DNA of 64,000 nucleotides from Haliotis rufescens (GCF_023055435.1 NW_025964372.1:23312001-23376000); one strand, 5' to 3'; positions 1 to 11,190 are shown, numbered from the stretch's first letter. Numbers and translations: made by a program. Notes: generated by a model not told the origin, from the letters alone.

Positions 1-469
1 TGCACGTGCTACCATTGTGATTAATAATTACAACAAATATCGATAATATATTCCGACTATATCACTACCAAATAATGATGATATGAGGTGTAAAAGGTCA
101 TCGTATCATGCCCCATCGGTGGCACCCGTCACAAACACGTGCAACGTAAGTATTTACCTGAAAAAAAGCGGTAACAAATGGTACAAGTCACAATAGGGAA
201 TTGAATCAGGGACATTTTTATCACTGATTCTTCAAACTTGTCCTCCACATAAAACCGTTTGAGACATGGACAGCTGACACCCTAATCATATATCAAATTG
301 ATGCCATCATAGCAGTCACATATTGTTTTCCCATTATCCTCAGATAATATTTGCTTTCATTATTGACAGATTGACCTGAACAAAATGGTCCGGATACAAA
401 ATGTCGGCGAATTAATCGCCGAAACACAACCAAAACAATTTACATGCATAAATGATACTATATGAGGAA

Positions 470-1515
470 CGATATTATCACTGTGACATCATCAGCTTAG
501 GCAGTCATCGTGACAGTCGCTGGAGCTTGCAGACCACTGCGAGACGTAACGCTGACACTGCAATACTGGTAGAACAGAAATTGGAAAAGAGTAATGTTCA
601 CAGGAGAAAGCAGATTCAGGTTTTTCCTAATAGGTGTAAGAATTTGTGTCAACCTCCGACAATGACAATATTGTTGCCTTCAGGATGTCGAACTGTCTGG
701 ACGTGACAGCATATGTAGCCCGGCCAGTGCGGCATCATCATCCCTGTCAAGGCGGCATCTGTAGCCAAATCAAAGTGGCATCATTATTCCTGGAATGCAG
801 CATCTGTGACACTGTCAATGCTGCATCATTGGCCCTGTCAATTCAGCACCTGTAACCAAGTTAAGAAAGATCTTTTGATTTTGGAAGGACTCACCACTGG
901 ACAGCATTACATTGACCAGTCTCCCTATCCTGTTGTACTACCGTTCTTGCAACAGAACGTTTCAACAAGATAACACAAGACGTCATGTGACTTGCCTTGG
1001 TCAGCACGATAACGAGACTAATCACCTTTGGAGTGAGTGAGTGAGTTGGGTTTAACGCTGCTTTTAACAGTATTCCAGTTATATCACGGCGTGTCAGCTT
1101 AATGTGGGAGGAAAGCCCGAGGGGATGCAGGTCTCAGACGTTTACCATTTCGGTGAAACCCACGAGCACGGGTATGGTGCTGACAAATCTCGAAACATAA
1201 TCGGGGCGAACCGTGATTCGAACCCACAATCATAGGTTTCTGGCGTGCCCAAGGGACGTAACTCTGCACAGCGAATCACGGCGCCTTAGACGACTTGGCC
1301 ACCCTTGCCCCCTATCACCTTTGAGATTTGAAACAGTTCCGAGATTTGGAAAAGTTGTGGGATCACCTTGACCGTCAAATTAGTTCACGACCAGGTCGCC
1401 CTTATAACAAAGATCATTTAGCAGAAGAATGGTGTTGAATCCCATTTTTATGATCAGACGTATCACATCTTCTTCTCATCGTCGAAGTTCTGGCGCACGT
1501 TGATTACACAATACT
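470..1515 (+). mobile_element. Decayed Tc1/mariner transposase remnant, interrupted by a SINE
   Basis: Fragments TGQHYIDQ, PVVLPFLQQN and FQQDN occur across frameshifts. Homologous to 20430-21030 on the opposite strand. Confidence 0.7.
1031..1313 (-). mobile_element. tRNA-derived SINE family C (V-domain-like), full length
   Basis: Reverse complement shows A box, GGTTCGAAT B box, tttcctcccaca segment and (TCAC)n tail. TSD atcacctttg at 1021-1030 and 1314-1323. Confidence 0.85.
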
Positions 1516-2109
1516 GACTGACAATGGTGACATTCTAAAGGATTTAAGGGAGTTCATGTGTTGATTTCAGTCTTGATGGTTGATCGAATACTGAACAACT
1601 GACTCCATTCTCCAAACTGGACACAATACTGTCTTTGTTGTTGTTGTTGTTGGCATGACTTGTAATGATGTTGATATATAACTCATGTTCTTTGACAATA
1701 CAAGTATGTTTCAGTCATATCACAAGTAGAATCAATAACCTTGTCCAAGGATATAACACAGTGACTTAGTGTTACAGGCATACTGTTTATCACGCCCATG
1801 TATCGATGTAATAAAATATGGCTTTGCTCACGAAATACTCTGTATTGATGAGGATGGCCATATCGTGGTCGAGACTTATTTTGAAGGGTTAGATTGTGTT
1901 TTTCAAGCAGATGGAGGCTGAATGTTTTATTTACACAGAATTATAAGCTGCGTCCGACCCTCTATATTTATGTTTGCGATTGGTAGGAAGCTGTCTTGCT
2001 TTGAAAGACACTCAACGGGTAATTTTTTAACAATGATTTAAGAGTTGTGATCCTTATCGATAGGAAGCTGACATATGAATATTTCTGAATGTATGTTCTG
2101 TATTTTCAG

Positions 2110-2200
2110 ATACCGTTACATCAACATAATCTGGTTCTGCTCCAACTGGTTCGCCATGAGCAACTCCTGCTACAACCCCTTCATCTACGGCCTTCTCAAC
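2110..2200 (+). CDS. Lkr: Neuropeptide GPCR (leucokinin/lymnokinin receptor-like), exon encoding TM7
   Basis: Acceptor ttttcAG ends at 2109; donor GTcagt at 2201. Reads YRYINIIWFCSNWFAMSNSCYNPFIYGLLN, containing the class A NPxxY motif and the MSNSCYNPFIYG signature I recall from kinin receptors. Confidence 0.88.
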
Positions 2201-3940
2201 GTCAGTACCACGATAATAACATCTCTTTTCATATCAATAACGAGAGTAGGGGGTCCATATCAATAACGGGATGGGGGAGGTACGGTAACACACTCCCTTT
2301 AAACAGTTGCTTCCATTAGTCATGTCAGCTTGCCATGGGCATGATCCCTTGTGTGACAGCGCCCTACACGTCCCCTAACTGCGACACTTTGATGTGGGGG
2401 TTGGGTGTGGGGTGGTGTCGTCACTTCCTTGTGTATTTAGTTAAGACTAGGGATGGTGCCCCCTCATCTTTAATTGTCACGTCTATAGATAATTAAATTG
2501 GCATCCTGCTAAATTGTTGATCCGGACCCTCCGTCCGGAGTAATGACGTTTCGTAATACGCGTGTCGTAGGATGTCAGCAGAGTTTGGTAGAAAACAAAT
2601 AGCACGTCAGTGATGTGGATTCTAGAACATTTTAACAAAACTTAGTTGACTACTACAGAACTTAATTTTCGCTTTATATAGTCCAATATGCATTGCCAAA
2701 ACAAAGTCATTGAATCTATTTCTTTTAACAAATGTCTTCAAGTCATGGCGGAAATAGAATTTTCCTTTTGAACAAGTACAGATTAGTATTTCAACGGAAT
2801 TCCGTAATACCTATGTATTCCTTGATGCCGGACCGCGTGGTTCTAATTTGTACATTTCTGACGATATATTTGCATCATTGCACACTCGATCTGGGAATGG
2901 AGTACAAAAAAAATTGCTGTAAAATGTCTTAAACCCTTGGGGTGTTAACTGTCACGATTCTGAAGAACCCGAAATCTTTTGTCAAAGGTGAATCAATAAA
3001 AAAAACCGTACATACCAAGGTGGGTGGTTTTTTTAATCCGAGCTTTTCGCTCTTACTGTTAAGCACTTAACTTACATTTTTTTCTAAATAAAAGCGACAA
3101 AAACTTTCCATAGCCACAAGGTATTTTCTCTTAACGGAAAAGTCGATTTTCGTTTCTGACTGTGTCATGAACAGGTGTTTGTAAATCACTATGAAATACA
3201 CGTTTATAACCATTCAGTATGTTCATTTTATAAGGTTCTGTTCATTACAGAGGCGTACATATTTGAATCATTACACTTGCAAACATTAATTTCGTCATTT
3301 TGAACACAATGTAGAAATAAGTGCCTTAGCCACGTAAGGATCAGCTGGTCGAAGGTTCGAGTCCCACATTTGCCCCCTTTATGGTCATTGGTCTGTGGGC
3401 ATTTTCATATCACATGAAGTTGTTATATAAGGGGATACATTCTAGCTCAATCACTCACTTAGATCAATGTAAGTTTTATCTTCGCAGAATGCTCATTCGA
3501 CTTATTCAAAAAAGCTGCCATATGAATTCAAAAAAGTTTGTATTACATTCCCATAGCACTCTCTTTCTACGCGTTCTCTGGAAATACTATGACGTCATGA
3601 TTTAATGGCTGACGTCATATTCTTTCATGACATCAAAAGAACCCGCCAGATTAAGAAAATGATCCGAAACCTCAACTACATCAACTTTGTGTGATAAATG
3701 TTATTTAATCCAAATATGCTTCTCAAAAGAAATTAAAGAACGCCTCATTCGTTCACATTACTATAATTAATCTGTCATGCCATAACAGAATAACTAAAGT
3801 ATATATAATGGATGCGATACTAATACTGAATAGAATATGTTCTCAAATTTGGGACATGATACTTACTAAAGAAAGACTTCTAATCCCTTTCAAAACGTTT
3901 GTCAACCACTCCGATTTCGGTGCATTTTAAATAACATCGT

Positions 3941-4201
3941 CCCGTGAAGATCCGGGGTAGAATAGGTCTTCAGCAACCCATGCTTGCCGTAAAAGGCAGC
4001 TATGCTTGTCGTAAGAGGCGACTAACGGGATTGGGTGGTCAGTCTCGCTGACTGGTTGATGCATGTCATCGTATCCCAATTGCATGGGTCGATGCTCATG
4101 ATGTCAATCACTGGATTGTCTGGTCCAGACTCGATTATTTACAGACCGCCGTCATTTAGCTGGACTATTGTTGGGCGTTAAACAACAAATAAACAAACAA
4201 A
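3941..4201 (+). mobile_element. SINE-like family B (non-tRNA head), in the last GPCR intron
   Basis: Begins cccgtgaagatccggggtagaataggtcttcagc and ends cgttaaacaacaaa. TSD aaataacatc. Several near-identical copies in the window. Confidence 0.85.
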
Positions 4202-4261
4202 AAATAACATCACTTGAAAACTCTGAACAAATAAATATGGTCTTTCTCTTATTTCCACCAG

Positions 4262-4489
4262 GAGAAGTTTAAGCGCGAGTTCCGAATCCTCTTCTCCATG
4301 TGCCCATGCCAGTGTGCTCAGAAAGAATACAAGAAGGAGTATACGGACTACTACAGTGAGGACGGCAACCAGACGTTCCGACGATGCAGCATGATGAGGA
4401 ACCCGGCGGTGAGGTACAACTTCAACAGGGACGAGCACAAGCGACTGTCCCGAAGGTCCACGGAAATGACAGAGACATCGCAAATCTGA
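4262..4489 (+). CDS. Lkr: Same GPCR, terminal coding exon (helix 8 and C-tail)
   Basis: Pyrimidine tract and ccaccAG acceptor end at 4261. A phase-0 join gives GLLN|EKFKREFRILFSMCPCQC...STEMTETSQI*. The Cys cluster after helix 8 fits palmitoylation sites. Stop TGA at 4487-4489. Confidence 0.9.
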   Translation, partial: EKFKREFRILFSMCPCQCAQKEYKKEYTDYYSEDGNQTFRRCSMMRNPAVRYNFNRDEHKRLSRRSTEMTETSQI

Positions 4490-7150
4490 CTAGCACGGGA
4501 CCGGCGCCATCGAGATATGGCCAAAGCTCTCAATATGTCCAGCGTTTGACATCAAATGTCTATGCTGATTGTGAAGCTTAATGTTCAAGCGTTGTGAATC
4601 CGCATAGCCGATGGACACAGATGTTTGGGACAGTGTACAAACATGTGACATCACAGGCGAATCAATGAACATGCTTATATCAAGGCGCTTGTCCCTGCTA
4701 GAGATGCTGAGGAATAAGCACAAACTGTTGTTATTCCTGTTTTGTTTAGACTTCAAAATATTAATGTTAAAGGTGTGAGACTATTTCTTCATAACGTAGA
4801 AATGAAAGAGAAAAACACTCACAGTTGTAGAGGACGACATGTGGTCATGTAATTTGAGGTCAGGGACCGTCAAATATCTAGGTAACAAGACGCGAAAGTT
4901 AGGAGCTAATATACCATAGACGCTGATCTGACTCTGCTTGTGACTCTGATCTGCATCCGACAACCGATTTCAAAAGGAAGTCTAAAGAATTCATGCTGCA
5001 GATGTCGGTGCTTGCCATTTAATGCCTAACCCTGGTCAAACTTCTGAGGTTCTCAGATGAGAATTGTGTATACCCATAATCAAACATTCTCTGATGGTTC
5101 ATGGGGATGCCTGAAGTCATTGTCTCGTAGGACCACAGCCAGGTCACCAACACATCCTTTGGCTCAACTTTGGAGGGATGTGTTCTTTACGGTCCAGTAA
5201 CGTATACACGGTGAGATTGGTGGTATAGTCATGGACAATGCTTTGAAGTGAGTCAAAAATCGCCTTGATCAAACTCTTTTTCTGATCCAAGTGACAATCA
5301 ATTACTGGCAAAACTGTGAAAGGATCAAATGTGCGGTACGTGGGAATGGGGAGTCTGATTCAAATCCAAAGGACAAACATAATATGGATGTGTGTAAAAG
5401 TTGAACGATCTACCATACTTGTACAGAGAAGTAGAGTACTCACAGAACATGTTGATAGCTTTTACTTGACATGAATATCGACCACATCAAGTGAACCACT
5501 TGGGTTGAATACACGTCAATAATGGTGTTTGCTGCTCAAAAACAAAAATCGTGGCAGTGTTAAACACTTAGCCTTTGGGTTGCTATACAAGCATACTAAT
5601 GGCATTTCCAGTGTTCTGAGGTCCAAATCATGATTGCCTGTAATTATGTGACTCCTCGAACCACATGGTAATTTGACCTAAAATCTGTGCATGATATGCC
5701 TCAGGGTGGGATCGATACCAAAGTGTTTTCTTGTGGACAAGTCGTCAAGCTAGAACTCTTAATCTGTGGCTAATGGTCAAAGATCGCTCATTAGGATTTG
5801 GCTGTAAGGGTCTCTGTCGTTTGTGTTTGTGTGTTCCAAGGCATGACTTGTGAATGGAGAGTGCGTTTCTCCAATCAGCTGTGAATTTCGTGGACCGATA
5901 CTCGAAAACGTTTCGTTAGTTATGATTGAACAAGACAGGGCTACGTAACTGGAACATTTCGTCAGGGTGTAACTATGAATTTGATCAATCGAAGAACGCA
6001 GTGGATATAAGACACAACAATCATGATTTTACGGTGTATTGTTGTATGATGGAAAAAGTTTGTATGTGAAATACTTAACCGATGGGTTAGCTTGATATGG
6101 TGGATTGGTTGCAAAATATACAAATATCAGAATCAATGACAGGTTTCATTTTGTGATTACCAAAGAGGAGCAAAGGTCAAATTTGAGGGCCGGAGGGCGA
6201 AGGTCATGGTGTGTGAAATGGGGTTGAGGTTGTCCCATGGGGTCGGGGCAACTTCTCTCTCCATATCATGTCAGATGGACAAAAAAAATTAACTTAAACA
6301 AAAAATATTAATTTTAAGATTTTCTAATTTTCCGACCCATTTGTATGCTTTCATTTTCAGGAAGGAACCTCAAACCTATGCTCCTCTAAAGTCAAACACA
6401 AATGTTTATTACGCGGCAAGTTTGAAAGAATTGTTAAAGGACATATAACAAACAGTTCACAGAATGATATCACACATTCATATCGACACCATGTACATAT
6501 AGGACCATCCCAGTTGGAGGCGCATTGGTGAATATCAAAGCTCAACGAGAGATATGAACCCTTCTCAGGGGAAGTATCTCGGTCTCGGATACAAGACTTA
6601 CGAAGTTCTCATATGACACCTGTTGAAATATGACATGTAAAGTTTCATGCAAGATTACATACTTTAAAATTGGGCTGCATGAAGGCTCGAGATGGGACTT
6701 TCCTCGTCGTATTGTGAATATAATATGTAATGAGCCTTTAAACAAATGACTGTATAATATTATGGCTGATGTAATCTTTCCTATAAACATTACATATTCA
6801 CACATATTTCTATCAGAAATGTAATTTGTATTAGTGATTAGAACCTATCAATATTCTGTGTTTAACTCATGTATGTTTTGCTCGGTTTTCATTGTTATAA
6901 CCTTGTGTGTATGCTACATATTTGTATGTTGGGATAAATATATATATGACGTAACTTTCATTTCATGGGTTGTGCTGGCATGTGAATTATTTGCATTATT
7001 AGATTAAAGCAGTCATGTATTTACTCACTATGATTATGTTGGTATGTAATAATACATAAATGTTTAATTCAATAATAAAGATAAATGATTGATGTCCAGT
7101 CAGCGGAACATATGATGTATATGATTACTGAATATGATAATAAATTATTT
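4490..7150 (+). other. Probable 3'UTR of the GPCR with AATAAA signals at 7074 and 7139
   Basis: Follows the stop codon, contains none of the SINEs that are common elsewhere, and ends in an AT-rich region with AATAAA hexamers. The 3' end is inferred. Confidence 0.45.
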
Positions 7151-7369
7151 CAAATTATTGTTTAGTATCTTTGTGAGTAGTGGAATGTCTGGTCATGCAT
7201 TTTTGTCTGGATTCATCCAAAACACCATGCTGTGGTGACACGGTCACAAATCGGTTAAATAAAAGCGACAAAACCTTTCCATAAGATTAACACTTCTCTG
7301 CTAAAAGTGTCATATGTACTATTCAGGCTAGATCAAGAGCATGTGTTGATTAACACTATCAAATAGTGA

Positions 7370-7600
7370 CGTAAGCAGGTGTTCGCGAAAGGGTGATAGT
7401 TTCCTGCCCCACCGATGGCATCCGTCACACATCCATGCAAAAGCAAGTCAGTTGTTCACATGAGAAAATACGTGAACATGTGGTACAAGTCAAAATAGAG
7501 CATTACAGCAGACATAATTTCTGTCACTTATGCCTCAAATATGGAAATGACAAACACATGTCTGCCATAAAACCTTTTGCAGGGCTTTGAAGGATGTGAC
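7370..7600. repeat. Dispersed repeat family F (caggtgttcgcgaaagggtg...cctgccc...cacccgtc)
   Basis: Diverged copies at ~85-240, 8400-8530, 8630-8790, 51190-51280, 54910-55000 and 62370-62590. Confidence 0.7.
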
Positions 7601-7997
7601 CATGATCAACCCTAGGTATCGGAAGGTGGATGGGTGACTGTTTTCGCTAGCTTGACACCTGAATGCAACAAGAGATTCGAGCCTGCCACACGCAGAAACA
7701 CACGATAGATGTGACGTCTCCTTTGGCGAATGGCTTCATTCGAAATATCCCTCTGTTCACTGGGGGGAAGAATAAGACAGTGATGAGACTGTTAAACTTT
7801 CAGCGGCTCATTTAGTTTGGGTTGTATACTCCTAAGGGAGATGACATATTATTATTATTGACCACGCCAGTCGCGACGCGATGACACAGTCAGCCAGGTC
7901 AAACCCACTGTGACAAACCTCGCCTCATTTAAATCGTTCATTTTGACAAGCCTTGGTGCTGAGGCCCACTCTGGCTCACCGCGATTTATTAACTATG

Positions 7998-8164
7998 GGG
8001 GCGGTCGGGGAGCCTAGTGGTTAAAGCGTTCGCTCGTCACGCCGAAGACCCGGGTTCGATTCCCGACATGGGTACAATGTGTGAAGCCCATTTTTGATGT
8101 CCCCCGCCGTGATATTGCTGGAATATTGCTAAAAGCGGCGAAAAAACCATATTCACTCACTCAC
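7998..8164 (+). mobile_element. tRNA(Asp)-derived SINE family A
   Basis: A box tagtggttaaag, GTCACG..GACCCGGGTTCGATTCCC (tRNA-Asp-like), (TCAC)n tail. TSD tattaactatg. Confidence 0.9.
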
Positions 8165-9121
8165 TATTAACTATGTCTGAGATTCTTTTATGGCCCAACA
8201 GAGTGTTCGACATCCTTCTTTAAATTTTGACAGAAAACCTTCAAATGTTCAACAAATATGCTCATCGAGTGATATTTAAATCTTACTCTCAGTCGCTAAA
8301 TATGAACCTTCAGACAGCACGACATGAAATTTCCATCATTGTTCACAAAGTACATGAACTAGTCTATCTGGTATTAAGTGACAAAACAAGTTCAAACGTC
8401 ATAGTACCAGGTGTTCGCGAAAAGGTGAAAGTATCCTGCCCCACAGGTTGGACCCATTACAAACACATGCAAAGGTAAGTGAATTGTTCACCTGACAAAT
8501 TACGAAAACATACGGAACAATGTAAATATATATTGTCAATGCAAGAGAAAGCCAGTCTAGAATATCCACCGAAACAGATCCCCTTTGGCTTAAAGGGCAA
8601 AACAGCTGTGAAAATTATACATATGGACCACTGAAAATCAATTATGAAAACAGGTGTTCGCGAAAAGGGTAAACATTGCCTGCCCTACCGGTAGCACCTG
8701 CCACTAACACAAGTCAAAATAGGGAATTGCATCGGACATTATTTTGGTCACTGATGCGTCAAATTTGGAAATGTTCTCTACATGTCGACCGGGAAAAAAA
8801 CTTAAAACTTGCGAAATGTTGATCACCAAAGGCTGGAGCTGCTGCAACATTGCTCGACATTGAGCGAAAGTTGACTATTTGGAACTTGAAGTCATCCCAC
8901 TTGTCACACAATTATATGGAGAGAGAATTTATGTGACTCTGAATCTTTATTTACAGATCAAAACATGAGACAGACGAGGGGGTCTCACTGGTCTCCTTTA
9001 TTTCGAGTTCTGGTGGGGACATCAGATGAATGGAATCGTCTATTTGGCGGTTTTTAAACGAAAAGAAACGAACTTCAGCAAATATGTCTTAAGACGTTTT
9101 TGACACGTTAGGATTATGTTA

Positions 9122-9390
9122 CTATATGTGAAACAAGTGCACGATAATAATGCTATAAGTGAAACAAGTGCACGGTAATAATGCTATATGTGAAACAAGT
9201 GCAAGATAATAATGCTATTTGTGAATCAATATGATAATGCTATATTTGAAATAAGTGCAAGATAATAATGCTATTTGTGAAACAATATGATAATGCTATA
9301 TGTGAAATAGTGCAAGATAATAATGCTATATGTGAAACAAGTGCAAGATTATAATGCTATATGTGAAACAAGTACAAGATAATAATGCTG
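9122..9390. repeat. 31-bp tandem repeat (tgtgaaacaagtgcaagataataatgctata), about 8-9 units with two shortened variants
   Basis: Period of 31 is visible (9128 to 9159). Confidence 0.9.
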
Positions 9391-9482
9391 TATTTTAGTT
9401 TTTAGTCGTATAAATAAAAGCGACAAAATCGTTTCAACAATCATAAGAAATCTCTTAGTCTATTGTACGATTCCGACCACGT

Positions 9483-9642
9483 CACAAATGTTATATATGG
9501 GATTACACTTTCTTAGTAAAGTACAAATTCTAGTACTTTTGGGGGTTGCATCTCGTCTGAGATTCGAACCCACACTCTCAGAGTGAGGCACCTAATCGTA
9601 AGCACACAAAGTCTAACGAACGATCTAACGCACTCAGCCACA
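9483..9642 (-). mobile_element. tRNA-derived SINE family E
   Basis: Reverse complement reads gtggctgagtgcgttaga...ctcactctgagagtgtgggttcgaatc...atataacatttgt. Related copies at ~50788-50932, 54213-54367 and 54497-54660. Confidence 0.65.
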
Positions 9643-10113
9643 GAGACTTCTACAAAAGTCCAACAACTGGTAGTCAAGATCACATATTGGGCCTCACTGA
9701 TAAGTATCGCTGAACGTTCACAACACAACATGGTTCCCTTTATATTACAATCTGTTAGTTTCGGTGGCCCGAACTTGGTCAGTATTTCTCATCCTTAGTA
9801 ATAGTAAAGGGAGTTGTTTTAAATAAATGTTTGGATGTTACGTAAAATATGAAACACTTTCACTTAGAAGAAACCAAGTCGAACGTAAGCATACAATCCC
9901 TCATCCACATTTATAAAACATCTTACAAATATTACTCTTGCGCTTCCCAGGTGGATAATTCTATACTTTTTATTAATTTTATGTATACACTGAAAGGCAA
10001 AGAAAGTCGTAGCCGGATTGTGGAAGGGATACTGTTAGAGCACAGTCAATATATTTATTACCATCAGAAAACGAAGCTTTGCGAATACATTTCATTTGTT
10101 GTACACAATAAAT

Positions 10114-10351
10114 TTTTGTTTGTTGTTTTACTCCGCACTCAGCAATGTTCCAGCAAAAAGACGACGGTCTGTAAATTATCGAGTCTGGACTAGACGATCC
10201 AGTGGTTGATATCATAAGCATCGACCCACGCAATTGGGATATGACGGCATGCATCAACCAAGTCAGCAAGCCTGAAAACCCGATCCCGTTACTCGCCTAT
10301 TACGACAAACATGGGTTGCTGAAGACCAATCGTAATCCGGATCTTCACGGG
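10114..10351 (-). mobile_element. SINE-like family B (single-module variant)
   Basis: Reverse complement begins cccgtgaagatccgg and has one atgtttgtcgtaataggcga module. Confidence 0.85.
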
Positions 10352-10505
10352 TGTTCAACAATACAAAGAGACAAGACAGTGAAATAAAGTTGAAGGGTTG
10401 CTTCAGAATAGCACGGAAATCAAAAGATTCCTCAATGTGAAAATAAGTCCTACCACCTGTAAGTGCCAGCGCACAGTCCCCTCACACACTGGTCACTGGT
10501 GTTAG

Positions 10506-10750
10506 AGGGTAGAACAGGTCTTCAGCAACCCATGCTTGCCGTAAAATGCGACTATGCTTGTCGTAAAAGGCGACTAACGGGATCGGGTGGTCAGGCTCGC
10601 TGACTTGGTTGATGCATGTCATCGTATCCCAATTGCGTGGATCGATGCTCATGATATCAATCACTGGATTGTCTGGTCCAGACTCGATTATTTACAGACT
10701 GCCGTCATATAGCTGGAATATTGCTGAGTGCGACGTTAAACAACAAACAA
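10506..10750 (+). mobile_element. SINE-like family B, slightly 5'-truncated
   Basis: Matches 3955-4201 and ends gacgttaaacaacaaac. Confidence 0.85.
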
Positions 10751-11033
10751 CATCAGACCCGACTGAAACTGAACATGGATTAATATGAACGTTATGAGAC
10801 AAACTAAGGCTAGATGAGCTGCTGATGACGGGGATTTCCCGATGCAATACACGACAGTATGGGGCTTTGTGATTTCGCTTGGCGAGTAGGGCATTCTCTG
10901 TATTTTCGAATGGACGCTTCCTTTCCGTGACCCGATAAATACATGATATGTCTGACTTCAAAGCCCTTTTGACGTTATTTTTAAACTTTGAGGAATTCCC
11001 CTTAAAGTAGTTCTGTATCTCGCCTCTCGACTG

Positions 11034-11190
11034 GGGGCGGTCGGGTGGTTAAAAGCGTTCGCTCGTCACGCCGAAGACCCGGGTTCGATTCCCGACATGG
11101 GTACAATGTGTGAAGCCCATTTTTGGTGTCCCCCGCCGTGATATTGCTGGAATATTGCTAAAAGCAGCGTAAAACCATACTCACTCACTC
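11034..11190 (+). mobile_element. SINE family A
   Basis: Matches 7998-8164. Flanked by cct(c/g)tcgactg. Confidence 0.9.

Noticed and set aside
2075-2266. ORF-track 63-aa proteins at 2075 and 4298 as stand-alone genes
   Set aside because: They are partial views of spliced GPCR exons.
4487-4489. Selenocysteine recoding of the GPCR TGA
   Set aside because: I could not identify a SECIS element by eye, and the CTAG context points to ordinary readthrough. A SECISearch run on 4490-7150 would settle it.
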